Assembly: GCA_041661005.1 (NCBI GenBank)
Contig: JBAZVG010000001.1
Location: 196,917-260,916, forward strand
Source: Minisyncoccota bacterium
GTDB lineage: Bacteria; Patescibacteriota; Minisyncoccia; Phycocordibacterales; UBA9973
DNA: 64,000 bases
Direction of reading: 5' to 3'
Positions 26,738 through 36,240 of the stretch are shown in pieces. Position numbers and translations under genes: made by a program. How positions within the stretch are numbered: position 1 is the stretch's first letter; the number at the start of each line of letters is the position of its first letter. Under the pieces are notes generated by a model that was given only the letters and a program-made list of their open reading frames with translations, did not search any database and was not told where the DNA came from.

Positions 26738-26810
26738 GGTACGGATTTTTTTAAGCTTAAAAAATCCTGAAGTTTTCGGCTCGTCAGCCTCAAAACCCCC
26801 TAAAAAAGTT
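26738..26810 (+). repeat. 72-bp intergenic repeat, copy 3
   Basis: GGTACGGATTTTTTTAAGCTTAAAAAATCCTGAAGTTTTCGGCTCGTCAGCCTCAAAACCCCCTAAAAAAGTT. Confidence 0.65.
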
Positions 26811-26837
26811 ATCCCTCAATGAGTTTACTTTATTTTT

Positions 26838-27959
26838 ATGCAAAATTTTTGGAAAAAATTAAAAAAGCCCGCCTTGCCTGACGGAAGTCGAGGCAGGCCA
26901 TTTTTCTGCCTTGCGCCGATGTCAGATGTCACTGATATCGCTTTTCGTCACATGTTGGCAAAATATGGCAAAAATAGGGAAAATAAAGATAGAGTTGTTT
27001 TTTGGACAGAGTTTGTGTCTGCTGATGGTTTGTGCAATAAATTTGCCAGACAAAAGTTGGCACACATGCTGGTCTTCTCGGAATCTGAAAGGCCAATTGT
27101 GGCGCAAATTTTTGGCGCTAATCCGGAAAATATGAAGAAAGCTTGCCAATATGTCGCAAATCTTGGCTTTGATGGGATAGATATAAATATGGGTTGCCCA
27201 GATAAATCAGTCGTGAGTCAGGGGGCTGGCGCAGGGTTGATTAAAAATCCAGAACTTGCGCGACAGATTATCAAAGCAGTTCATGCGGGTATAAAATCAG
27301 CTGGACGAGACATACCTGTGTCAGTGAAAACTAGAATTGGTTTTAATAAAGAAGAAATTGATCGCTGGATACCAGAATTATTAAAAGAAGATATTTCTGC
27401 TTTGACGATTCACTTGCGCACAGCCAAAGAGCTTTCACTCGTTCCAGCCAATTGGGAACATATCAAAAAAATAAAGAAACTTATAGAAAAAAGTGGGAAA
27501 AATATTTTGCTGATAGGCAACGGTGATGTGAAAGATTTAAAAGATGCAGAAGAAAAAGCCTCGAAATATGGCTGTGATGGGGTGATGATAGGTCGCGGAG
27601 TTTTTGGCAATCCGTGGTTTTTTGATTCCACTAGAAAAATGGAAAACGGTAGTGAATTTTATGTCCCCGAGGGTCCCGCTTTGTGTCCCTTAATGCGCCC
27701 AAAGAAGGGCGCAGGGGCAGAAAATTCACTACCGTTTTCCATTATACGAGAAAAACTTCAAGTCCTCATAGAGCATACGCAAATTTTTGATAAAGAACTT
27801 GCGATACCTAAACATAAAAATTTTGATGTAATGAAAAAACATTTCAAGGCTTATGTGAATGGTTTTGATGGCGCCAAAGAACTTCGAATAAAATTAATGG
27901 AAACTGAAAATTCGAAACAAGTTGAAAAGATAATAAATGATTTTTTGGAAACAAACTGA
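26838..27959 (+). CDS. dus: tRNA-dihydrouridine synthase
   Basis: FMN-binding TIM barrel motifs LAPMSDVTD.AFR and GFDGIDINMGCP. Carries an in-frame ~106-nt inverted-repeat insertion (27638-27743). Confidence 0.85.
   Translation: MQNFWKKLKKPALPDGSRGRPFFCLAPMSDVTDIAFRHMLAKYGKNRENKDRVVFWTEFVSADGLCNKFARQKLAHMLVFSESERPIVAQIFGANPENMKKACQYVANLGFDGIDINMGCPDKSVVSQGAGAGLIKNPELARQIIKAVHAGIKSAGRDIPVSVKTRIGFNKEEIDRWIPELLKEDISALTIHLRTAKELSLVPANWEHIKKIKKLIEKSGKNILLIGNGDVKDLKDAEEKASKYGCDGVMIGRGVFGNPWFFDSTRKMENGSEFYVPEGPALCPLMRPKKGAGAENSLPFSIIREKLQVLIEHTQIFDKELAIPKHKNFDVMKKHFKAYVNGFDGAKELRIKLMETENSKQVEKIINDFLETN
27638..27743 (+). repeat. In-frame ~106-bp palindromic element inside dus: 23-bp perfect terminal inverted repeats AATGGAAAACGGTAGTGAATTTT / AAAATTCACTACCGTTTTCCATT
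   Basis: Read from the sequence. Its GC-rich palindromic core GCGCCCAAAGAAGGGCGC is translated in frame as ..MENGSEFYVPEGPALCPLMRPKKGAGAENSLPFSI.. Confidence 0.7.
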
Positions 27960-28065
27960 GTCAAAGTTTGACTAAATACATATTTTTGTGTTAAAATAAA
28001 TCTGGAGATAGTTATCCATTTTGTGATGCAAATCAGCACTACAAAAAGAAAAAGGGTAGCTCACA

Positions 28066-28581
28066 ATGAAGAATATGATCCTTAACAATGCGGTATTGCA
28101 GAGTTTTGGTAAAACGGACAAGCGGTGGTGGATGAAGGTATTAAACCTAAGCTTGGTAACTCAAGAATATGCCACAAAACTTCCCAAATCGGTGAAATTT
28201 CCCACTTTTGAATGTCACACGATATGTAGGGCAATCGCCAAGCATATTCATGGATTAAAGGTAGTTGATGGTTACTATGTGGGAGTAGCTCAACAACACA
28301 GAAATGGCAAAGTCGTAGCGCAATTACAATATTGTGAGCATTCGTGGTTGGTCACACCGAGTGGTTCCATTATTGATCCATATCCGGTTGGATGTCTGGC
28401 AACCAATCCAATTCTGGTGGTGAACCGAGGTAAATACAAAAACTTCGGGGGAGACCTTTATTGGCCGGACAGATTCATCACCAAGAAAGTATGCACTCAA
28501 AGACTGCGCGAAAAAGTGAAAATTCTATCGCGTATTGCCAAAGAGGCTGAGAAACACGCTCGACGCTCCGAGCATAGTTAG
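28066..28581 (+). CDS. Hypothetical protein (171 aa, Cys/His-containing)
   Basis: ORF only. Confidence 0.45.
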   Translation: MKNMILNNAVLQSFGKTDKRWWMKVLNLSLVTQEYATKLPKSVKFPTFECHTICRAIAKHIHGLKVVDGYYVGVAQQHRNGKVVAQLQYCEHSWLVTPSGSIIDPYPVGCLATNPILVVNRGKYKNFGGDLYWPDRFITKKVCTQRLREKVKILSRIAKEAEKHARRSEHS

Positions 28582-28608
28582 AGGGTTACTAATTAATCCT
28601 CAAAAAAA
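28574..28608 (+). repeat. Conserved stop-codon-overlapping stem-loop (copy 2 of 2), followed by a terminator hairpin
   Basis: ATAGTTAGAGGGTTACTAATTAATCCTCAAAAAAA, then AGCTAGC-taaacaaaat-GCTAG plus TTTTTTT (28608-28637). Confidence 0.5.
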
Positions 28609-28663
28609 GCTAGCTAAACAAAATGCTAGTTTTTTTAGTTATATATAAGGTATAATCATTTCT

Positions 28664-29722
28664 ATGCACGACTTGGCATTATATCGCAAATATCGGCCGA
28701 AAAACTTCAAGGAAGTCTTGGGGCAAGATCATATCGTAAAAGTGCTGGAAAGCTCTGTAGAAGCCAACAAGGTTTCCCACGCATACCTTTTTGTAGGTTC
28801 GCGTGGCACAGGCAAAACTTCCGTCGCCAGAATTTTTGCAAATGAAATCGGTGTATCAGCCAATGACTTATATGAGATAGACGCCGCCAGCAATAGGGGA
28901 ATCGAAGATATAAAAGAATTGCGTGATGGCGCGCGAGTATTGCCTTTTGATTCAAAATACAAAGTTTATATAATCGACGAAGTGCATATGCTCTCCAAAG
29001 ACGCTTGGGGTGCGTTATTGAAGACCCTAGAAGAACCTCCAAAACATGTTATTTTTATTCTAGCTACCACTGAGTTTCATAAAGTGCCTGAGACTATTAT
29101 CTCACGCTGTCAGGTTTTCACTTTCAAAAAAGCATCAGACGTAGTTTGTAAAAAAATGCTGACTGATGTTGGGAAGAAAGAAGGTTTCGATTTGGATGCC
29201 GGCTCGGCCGAGCTTTTAGCTGTATTATCTGATGGATCGTTCAGGGATGGATTGGGAGAGTTGCAAAAAGTTTTGAATTTCAGTGGAAGTAAGAAAACCC
29301 GCCTAGACTCGGCGAGGCTGGTCAATAGAGAAGATGTTGAAAAAATAACCGGCGCGCCAAAGGCGACTTTGGTAAATGATTTTATTTCAGCAATTGCAGA
29401 AAAAAATATTGAAAAAGGAATATCTGTCGTGCGATCTGCGGCTGAAGAAAATTTAGATATGGAATTATATTTGAAACTCATTATCGCAAAATTCCGTATG
29501 GCGATAATTTTGCGATACGCGCCAAAATTAAAAGGAGAGATGATAGGGGATTTATCTGAAGCTGATTTAGAATTTCTGCAGATTTTAATAAAAGAAAGTG
29601 GGGAGATGTTTAATTCTTCTACTCTAGCGACACTTTTAGAAGCTTATCAGAATATAGATAATGCGTTTATTACCGAGTTACCACTGGAGCTTGCGTTAGT
29701 GAAGATTTTAAGCAAAGAGTAA
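28664..29722 (+). CDS. dnaX: DNA polymerase III gamma/tau subunit (short form)
   Basis: YRKYRP..F.EV.GQ.H ... HAYLF.G.RGTGKTS.ARI.A ... AWGALLKTLEEPP. Carries an in-frame 24-nt repeat copy. Confidence 0.85.
   Translation: MHDLALYRKYRPKNFKEVLGQDHIVKVLESSVEANKVSHAYLFVGSRGTGKTSVARIFANEIGVSANDLYEIDAASNRGIEDIKELRDGARVLPFDSKYKVYIIDEVHMLSKDAWGALLKTLEEPPKHVIFILATTEFHKVPETIISRCQVFTFKKASDVVCKKMLTDVGKKEGFDLDAGSAELLAVLSDGSFRDGLGELQKVLNFSGSKKTRLDSARLVNREDVEKITGAPKATLVNDFISAIAEKNIEKGISVVRSAAEENLDMELYLKLIIAKFRMAIILRYAPKLKGEMIGDLSEADLEFLQILIKESGEMFNSSTLATLLEAYQNIDNAFITELPLELALVKILSKE
29298..29321 (+). repeat. 24-nt short form of the 45-nt element inside dnaX (translated TRLDSARL)
   Basis: CCCGCCTAGACTCGGCGAGGCTGG, identical to the short copy in alr. 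Confidence 0.7.
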
Positions 29723-29725
29723 TAT

Positions 29726-30586
29726 TTAAAAATAACTATTCGCCTTTACTAATTCTTTGAAGTCACTAAACATTCTTTCTGCTGTTATTCTTCCTCCAGC
29801 ACCAGGACCTTCTATAATTTTTTTACCATTAATATACAAAACGTTATTTACACCTTTTGGAAACCAAGAAATGTCTTCAAATTTAATAAATCCTGCTTTA
29901 ATTTCTTTTTTATTCAAAAGTACAGAGCATCGAAGACTTTGATTATATTTTTGTAATTTTATATCTTCAGTTTTGATTGTGCGTTTGTAAAGTTTGGAAT
30001 GATTGGCAAGTATCAGTGTTTTATAAATTACGTCTTTCAATTCGTTTTCAATAACTTCTTCAAAGTTTTTTGAACTTGGCTCAGCGAAACCATTTCCCAA
30101 TACTTCTCTATATAGTTGTTCCTTAGAAACTCCTGTACTTAATTTATCACTTATATAATTCAGCGTTCCATTTGCTATAACTTTAATTTCTTTCATTTTA
30201 TTTTTATTTTCTGTAATTGCATTTAAAATTCCAGAATTACCTCCGACTGTCGCTGAATATTTTATTAGTTTTTTAAATTTTTTAATCAGCTCCCAGTTAT
30301 TAGCTAAAAAAGCTTTTTCACAAGTTATAATCTTTGCATTTTTTTGTAATGCATTTAAATAGTATTTAGACGCATCTTCTCCTTTACCTTTACTGGGTAT
30401 AGCTATAAAAATATACGTGTCTGAATCTAAATATTTTTCAAGATTTTGATTTTCATCAATCTTTAAATTATTAGCATCAAATATGCCATTGGTTTTGACA
30501 ATGAAATTTTCCGCTAAGTTTTTCTCGTTAAGAATCTTATGCAATTCTTTTCCCACGTTTCCATATCCAATAAGTATAATTTTCAT
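29726..30586 (-). CDS. Homoserine dehydrogenase-family protein (putative)
   Basis: N-terminal Rossmann MKIILIGYGNVGKELHKIL ... ITCEKA (compare vvTANKA); C-terminal region resembles the HSDH catalytic domain. Weak call. Confidence 0.4.
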   Translation of the reverse strand: MKIILIGYGNVGKELHKILNEKNLAENFIVKTNGIFDANNLKIDENQNLEKYLDSDTYIFIAIPSKGKGEDASKYYLNALQKNAKIITCEKAFLANNWELIKKFKKLIKYSATVGGNSGILNAITENKNKMKEIKVIANGTLNYISDKLSTGVSKEQLYREVLGNGFAEPSSKNFEEVIENELKDVIYKTLILANHSKLYKRTIKTEDIKLQKYNQSLRCSVLLNKKEIKAGFIKFEDISWFPKGVNNVLYINGKKIIEGPGAGGRITAERMFSDFKELVKANSYF

Positions 30587-30695
30587 GCTTATCTAGTATA
30601 TCAGAATTACATATGGCAAGGGGACTTTGAAAGATTAAAAAGATATCTAGTTTTTTCTAAAAATTTATGTTATAAATTAAGTGTTTTTAAGATAT

Positions 30696-30766
30696 TGGGG
30701 GATCGTCTAATGGTAGGACACATCCCTTTGAAGGATGTTATTTTGGTTCGAGTCCAAGTCCCCCAG
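30696..30766 (+). tRNA. tRNA-Gln (anticodon UUG)
   Basis: Acceptor TGGGGGA/TCCCCCA, anticodon stem-loop CATCC-CUUUGAA-GGATG, T-loop TTCGAGT. GC content jumps immediately at its 3' end. Confidence 0.8.
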
Positions 30767-32446
30767 CACGTTTGGACTCACAGAGGCGGATGCCTCATTT
30801 GGCCCTTTCGACAGGCCAGTATTTTCAGGTTCGATTGGCTTGTTTTCGGTTTCTGTATCCGACATGGACTTTTCGAGGATGAAGAACGGTTCGCGGGCTT
30901 CAATGCTCAGCTTTTTGGCCTTCAAAGTTAGGTTCGATCCGAATGTCACCAGCATCTCCTCTTTGGTCTTCGCATCGCCGTTCGCGAACCGCTCCCGAGC
31001 GGTCGAGGCAAATTCAAACGTGTCTTCGGACAGTTTTAACTGCTGCTCAATCCGCTTCCCGGCATCCTGAAGCAACTCCTCCAAAGCGGACTTTTCTTTG
31101 AGTAGCTTCACCCTCCTCTGACCGTATTCCTCATCCGATAGCTGGCTTCCGTCTGCGTTGCTGGACGAGGTTTTCAGACCCACCAGATTGTCGATTTCCT
31201 GCAAGCACGCTCGATATGCCTTCTGCTGGGCTTCGATGATGGCGCTTTGCTCCATGCTCTCCTTCGCGTGCAATTCATGGAGGAATTTGATGCAGTAGGC
31301 TTTGAATTTCTCGGAAATATGGATGCGGCCAAGATATTCACGAATCTGCCTTTCGAGATCAAATGCACTCACACTCTTCTGCGGACAAGATGGACGTTTG
31401 CTTTTTGAACAATGGTAATAGGTGTAGTGAAGGAAGAGCGGGTTCGTCATTTCTTCGATCGATGTCTGGCAGCGCGGGCAGGCGTTTCGCTTGCGGTAGG
31501 CAAACTTGAACCGGCATTGGCCACACATGACCTGGTGCTTTTCCTCAGCGGTCACCATCCGGTCACACTCGCCACAACGGATGAGGCCGGTGAAAGCAAA
31601 TTCAAAGTGCGATTGAGGCCGCGGACTGCCGTTGCGGCCAAGCAAAGTCTGCACCCGGTCATATTCCGCTTCGGTGATCATCGGCTCGTGCTTTCCCTGA
31701 TACCACTTGTTGCTGCCGTTTGGATATTCAAACCAGCCGTAATAGAAGGGCTTGGTGAAGATCTGGTAGATGGCGCTTCGGCAAAGAGGCTTGCCACCCA
31801 TCTTGCGCGTTGGCCTCGTGCGGAAGGCCCACTCTTTGTTGGCGATTTCCAGAATTCTCGGCGGGGTGTAGAGGCCGGTCAGCATCAAATCCCACATGCG
31901 ACGGAGCAGAGGAAAACGCTCCGGATCTTTGACCAGAGTGTTTTCGCCCGTCAGCTTGTCGGTGTGGTTCAAGTAGCCTGCCGGGGCGACGCCGGGATAC
32001 CAGCCGTTTTCGGTCTTGGTCTTGAGTCCCCGTTTTACGTTTTTGCTCAGGTCGTCCACGTATTTCTGCGCCATGCCGAATTCGATATACATGAGGATGA
32101 TATTGTCATCTTCACGGGCGTAAGTCTGGGCCGGGGTCATGATCCTGATGCCATGCTGTTTGATGCCCCAGATGATGGAACCTCCGTCCACCGGATTACG
32201 CGCCAGACGATCAAGTTTCCAGCAGATGACGCCGGCAGCTTCACCACGGTAAAGGCGTTGCATCATCTGATTGAACACCGGGCGCCCCGGATCTTTTGCG
32301 GATTTCGACTCGGTCAATACTTCGACAACTTGTAAATTTAACTTGGCCGCCAACTGCTCCAATTCGCGGGTTTGGGATTCAATGGAAAGAATCTGCCGGT
32401 CTTCGGCTTCGGATGATTTGCGACAATAGATGAAGTATCCTGACAT
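30707..32446 (-). CDS. Large serine recombinase (integrase of a tRNA-Gln-associated island)
   Basis: N-terminal resolvase catalytic domain IYCRKSSEAEDRQ..SIESQ ... LDRLARN, a recombinase domain, a zinc ribbon CGECDR...CGQC...CPRC, and a coiled coil. Its 3' end overlaps the tRNA-Gln 3' half on the opposite strand. Confidence 0.8.
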   Translation of the reverse strand: MSGYFIYCRKSSEAEDRQILSIESQTRELEQLAAKLNLQVVEVLTESKSAKDPGRPVFNQMMQRLYRGEAAGVICWKLDRLARNPVDGGSIIWGIKQHGIRIMTPAQTYAREDDNIILMYIEFGMAQKYVDDLSKNVKRGLKTKTENGWYPGVAPAGYLNHTDKLTGENTLVKDPERFPLLRRMWDLMLTGLYTPPRILEIANKEWAFRTRPTRKMGGKPLCRSAIYQIFTKPFYYGWFEYPNGSNKWYQGKHEPMITEAEYDRVQTLLGRNGSPRPQSHFEFAFTGLIRCGECDRMVTAEEKHQVMCGQCRFKFAYRKRNACPRCQTSIEEMTNPLFLHYTYYHCSKSKRPSCPQKSVSAFDLERQIREYLGRIHISEKFKAYCIKFLHELHAKESMEQSAIIEAQQKAYRACLQEIDNLVGLKTSSSNADGSQLSDEEYGQRRVKLLKEKSALEELLQDAGKRIEQQLKLSEDTFEFASTARERFANGDAKTKEEMLVTFGSNLTLKAKKLSIEAREPFFILEKSMSDTETENKPIEPENTGLSKGPNEASASVSPNVLGDLDSNQNNILQRDVSYH

Positions 32447-32532
32447 GGAAATGGGTGATTAAAATAAGGGAGGCGGGCGACCTTGGAGCCTGCATCCCTA
32501 TGCTAACGTACCGGCAAAATACGTCAATGAGG

Positions 32533-32796
32533 TCACTGGCTAAGACGGTTCTCGTCGGGCTCCTTGTCTGAACCCGGCTGCTTCAGAATCCCGAAGAAGC
32601 GAAGTAGACGCACAGCGATTTCTTGGATCTCGTCGTCGCTAAGACGCTTACCGAACTCCTCTTGGTAAATGGCTCTGAACTCCTCGATAGCTTCACGACT
32701 TAGTTGTTGTGGTGTTTTCATATCGTCCACTTTACTTGCTGTTACTCTTCGGCAAAGGACGGAAGAATTGCCACATACGGCATGTCCGCATTGCAC
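32533..32796 (-). CDS. Small helical hypothetical protein upstream of the recombinase (possible directionality or regulatory factor)
   Basis: ORF only; the likely true start is an internal Met (MKTPQQLSREAIEEF...). Confidence 0.3.
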   Translation of the reverse strand: MQCGHAVCGNSSVLCRRVTASKVDDMKTPQQLSREAIEEFRAIYQEEFGKRLSDDEIQEIAVRLLRFFGILKQPGSDKEPDENRLSQ

Positions 32797-33024
32797 TTGG
32801 AACTAGAATTCGGGGCACCTCCCTTGACGAATAGCGAGTTTCGTGCTTAAATACGAAAACCTTCCACCGAGTTCAAGAAGCTCGGTGTTTAATAGGTTTG
32901 CCATTTCTGGCAAAGGTTCCCGCCTTTGGTATTTTTACCATTGAGATATGGTGGTGTCGTGGAACTCGCATTGGGTTCCTCCGCTTCCACACTGATGACT
33001 TCACTTCAACTTCCAAACTATTTG

Positions 33025-33366
33025 CTATCTAATCGAAAACGCCTGACTCTTTCTCAAGAAGAGGTCGCATTTCTGTTGGGAGCGGGAAGGCGGCGTATTG
33101 TCCACCTTGGTCGTCGCGGCGAGCGTGACCCGCGAGAGGCGGTTGCCGGCATCGTCGTAGGCGTATGACTCAGCCGAACCGTCGGAATATGCGGCGTTGG
33201 TGAGGCGGGACAGGGGGTCGTGGGAATGCTCGAAAGTGGCGCCATTTACTTGCGATATCGCAAGGATAATGCAACCGCAGGCCAAAACGTAAACAGCGGT
33301 AAACATAATACACCTCATACTAGTTATTGTTAAATACGTTAAATACGATTCGGATAACCAACCCAA
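33025..33366 (-). pseudogene. Fragment: signal peptide plus a single YD/RHS repeat (YAYDDAGNRL), likely a remnant of an RHS-family protein
   Basis: Hydrophobic N-terminus MFTAVYVLACGCIILAISQVNGA, then a YxYDxxGRL-type repeat, then an unrelated tail. Confidence 0.4.
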
Positions 33367-33471
33367 TCATTGTAATCGAAATAACTAACCACATAGGTGG
33401 AAGAAGCGGCCCATCATGACCGAAAAATAAACCACGTAAAAACGAAATTATCTGCTGGATTGTTTGCTTTT

Positions 33472-34962
33472 TCATGGAAGCTGAAAGAGATTTATATAAG
33501 CGTTCACACCCTGTTGAATTTGATCGCCTCGCAGTTGGAAAAGATTTAACGTATAGGTGTTCAAAAAAACAGCGCTATACGAAGTCAAAGCATCATCAAC
33601 AGACTGCCACGCCTCAAGCGGATTATGTAGTGCATACGTCAGGTTCTCGTCAATGTGCATAATACTTTCACCCAGAGTGCTGAAATCGACGCCCCGAGCA
33701 CGCAATTCGGCCTGACTTGATTGGAAAACGCCGTAAACAGTGGAGGCCCTTGCAGTTAATCTGAGCGTGCGACCGATACCATGAAGGTCGATAACGTTTC
33801 CCGGTGATAATCGCAGTTGTCCAATCGTAACTCGACCGTATCCCGTATCCACATACAGTTCGAGCCGCGAACCAATTTCGCGCAACAGCCATTCAATCGA
33901 TTCTCTTGGCAAATCGCCAAAATTTAATTGACCGAATATATTGCCTGAGGTTGTTCCTCCTTCCTGCGCCGACAAGCCACTTACATCAAGCCATTTCAAA
34001 GGATTGTTCAGCGCATACACATAGCGATTCAAACTCTGCCCGTCGCTGTCCTTCCCAGTAACTGGGTCTTTAGTGGCAAATCGGCCCAGTTGCGGGCTGA
34101 AATAGCGAGCGCGGGCATGATAAAGACCATTACCGTCATCCATGATACCATACCGCCCCAGATAACGGAAGGGCTGCGGAGAATCCCCCTCGGAATTCGC
34201 CACGACGCCAAACGAATCAAACGCGTAGGCGTCGGTTTCGTCTCCGTTGGTGTTGAATGAATCATTCCCACCGATGGACTGAACTTGATGCGAATACAGT
34301 TTGTTAATCAGACGTTCGCGTTCCATGAACTGCTCTGGTTGCAGAAATGGACGATCCCAGCGTAAGTAGTGTTTGAAATAAATACATCTGAGAATGGTTC
34401 GCATCTCTGACGCACTAACGAGTACACGCTGATCTGGTAAGAGCACCATTAAGTCTGCTGGATAACTTGTCTGTCCATCGTAAGTTTGAAGAACTGGATA
34501 ATGGTAAGCAAAATCCACGGTGCGAAATCCGAGTCGCTTGAAATACCCGATCAGTTTGTCGTCGGGCTCCCATTGTTGGGAACTATTCCGCCTCCGTGCT
34601 ACCTCAAACACAATGGAAAAACCAGGTGGGTAGTTCTGTGCGAGAAACTGTTCTATACTCCTAATAGCACGACTTGGCAAAAGGCCAGGCCGTTTGGAGT
34701 CGCGAATGCATAGATACTCAAAGAAGAAAAGTTGTTCCTCTATGAAAAAGCTGTACTGCAAATATCCCACAACGGTGTGGTCATTTTGAAGTGCAAAGCA
34801 TTTGAACTCATCGGCGAGAACTTCTTTGCTGTGCTCGATCCAATAGAGAATCTGGCGCTCTGGATTCTGAGCTTCCGGCAGTATGGTTTCCCGGTAGATA
34901 CTCAAAGCTGCATACAAGCGATTCTTCCCGCGATTTGTCCGGTCGATTGGCTTAAGAAACAT
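33472..34962 (-). CDS. Chimeric protein: N-terminal GNAT-like fold, RHS repeat-associated core domain, C-terminal ~170-aa variable (toxin-like) domain
   Basis: The core reads PFRYLGRYGIMDDGNGLYHARARYFSPQLGRFATKDPVTGKDSDGQSLNRYVYALNNPLKWLDVSGL, which matches the RHS core consensus (..Y.ARYYDP..GRF.S.DP ... N.Y.Y..NNP....DPSGL). The N-terminus FSIVFEVARRR..KLIGYFKRLGF is GNAT-like. Confidence 0.55.
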   Translation of the reverse strand: MFLKPIDRTNRGKNRLYAALSIYRETILPEAQNPERQILYWIEHSKEVLADEFKCFALQNDHTVVGYLQYSFFIEEQLFFFEYLCIRDSKRPGLLPSRAIRSIEQFLAQNYPPGFSIVFEVARRRNSSQQWEPDDKLIGYFKRLGFRTVDFAYHYPVLQTYDGQTSYPADLMVLLPDQRVLVSASEMRTILRCIYFKHYLRWDRPFLQPEQFMERERLINKLYSHQVQSIGGNDSFNTNGDETDAYAFDSFGVVANSEGDSPQPFRYLGRYGIMDDGNGLYHARARYFSPQLGRFATKDPVTGKDSDGQSLNRYVYALNNPLKWLDVSGLSAQEGGTTSGNIFGQLNFGDLPRESIEWLLREIGSRLELYVDTGYGRVTIGQLRLSPGNVIDLHGIGRTLRLTARASTVYGVFQSSQAELRARGVDFSTLGESIMHIDENLTYALHNPLEAWQSVDDALTSYSAVFLNTYTLNLFQLRGDQIQQGVNAYINLFQLP

Positions 34963-35287
34963 AGATAATTGTTAATTATCCGTGATGTGGGCGAGATGTC
35001 TTGTTCGGAAATGTGTGTTTCGTATCCGACATTGCGGTAGTCAGTGCAGGAGACCAAGGAAGATGTTGCTAGTCTGCTGGATTCCTCTCTCTTGGTTCTT
35101 CGCAAGACAGTGTTCTGTCACAAAAGTGATCGAATTACAGTGGGCTTTTGTTTTCGGAGCGAGGCTTTGATAACGGATTTCTGGTGCATACACATACCAC
35201 AGCCTAATGTTTTTGAATTACTGGTCTATGAGTTATGATTGTCCTCCTGCGAGATTTATAGAGAAATAGTTTGCTGGATGAGGGCGT

Positions 35288-35761
35288 ATGTTGAGGTATA
35301 TGCATATTTGGTGCTATAATGAGAACATGTGGGTTATTTATGCATTTATAGCTGCATTGTTGTGGGGTCTTGATTATGCACTTACAGAAAAAGTACTAAA
35401 CAGGATTACATTCTCGACATTGCTCAGTATTGAGTTGTTTTTCGGTCTGCTTGGTATGCTCTTGTTGGGGCTTTTACGGGGGACGTATTGGAAAGACTGG
35501 TCAGTGATTCTCTCTTCCCAAAAGATAATATGGCACGTTGTTATAATTGTGCTTGTGTTCAACATCGCCAACACTTTTATCGTTCTTTCCATTGGAAACA
35601 AGAACGCCACCCTTGCGGGCTTAATTGAGATTTCTTACCCCTTGTTTATTGCCGTTTTTTCGTGGTTCTTGTTCAAGGAGAGCCATGTTAACCTATGGAC
35701 AGGAATTGGTGCGGTATTGGTGTTTAGCGGGATTGGGTTGATCTACTACGTCAACAAATGA
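35288..35761 (+). CDS. EamA/DMT-family transporter half (4-5 TM), hypothetical
   Basis: Hydrophobic protein with an EamA-like WGLDYALTEK region; 157 aa, likely a fragment. Confidence 0.4.
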   Translation: MLRYMHIWCYNENMWVIYAFIAALLWGLDYALTEKVLNRITFSTLLSIELFFGLLGMLLLGLLRGTYWKDWSVILSSQKIIWHVVIIVLVFNIANTFIVLSIGNKNATLAGLIEISYPLFIAVFSWFLFKESHVNLWTGIGAVLVFSGIGLIYYVNK

Positions 35762-35862
35762 AGAGGAAAAGGGACGCTCATCCTTGCCGGCGTCGGCAAA
35801 TAAGAAAAAGGGCGACCCGATTGGATCGCCCTTGTGATTAGTAGTCTTCCGGCACCCAAGCG

Positions 35863-36240
35863 GTGAGTTTGTTTGAGCAGGCAATTTTGGTCGCTCAAGC
35901 ATTACATGATTTGCGATATGAAGGATTCTGGATGGGTAGTCTTGGTGTCCTTTATATGGAAGAAAAGCACTACAAGGACGCGGAAGCTTTCTTGCAACGC
36001 GCTTTGGCAATCGCTATTCAAATAGGTGACCAACGTTACGAAGGAACGCATTTGAGTTGGCTTGGGGATTTATACACCACGACGGGCCAATTTCAGAAAG
36101 CTCGTGAATGCCTTGAAAGGGCCGTGAAATTGGCAGAGGATCTGCAGATTGAATCATGGATTCAGCAGCGCAAAGCGAAAATTGAGAAATTGGAACGTTT
36201 GGAGAAGGAGGCGGGTGACCACGCTCGTCCTCAAATCTGA
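35863..36240 (+). CDS. TPR-repeat protein fragment
   Basis: Three TPR-like helical repeats (..AE.FLQRALAIA...GDQRYEG..L..LGDLY...GQFQKA.E.LERA..LA). Confidence 0.4.
   Translation: MSLFEQAILVAQALHDLRYEGFWMGSLGVLYMEEKHYKDAEAFLQRALAIAIQIGDQRYEGTHLSWLGDLYTTTGQFQKARECLERAVKLAEDLQIESWIQQRKAKIEKLERLEKEAGDHARPQI

Noticed and set aside
31412-32335. 307-aa plus-strand ORF
   Set aside because: It lies entirely antisense within the well-supported serine recombinase gene in a GC-rich region where long spurious ORFs are expected. It has no motifs.
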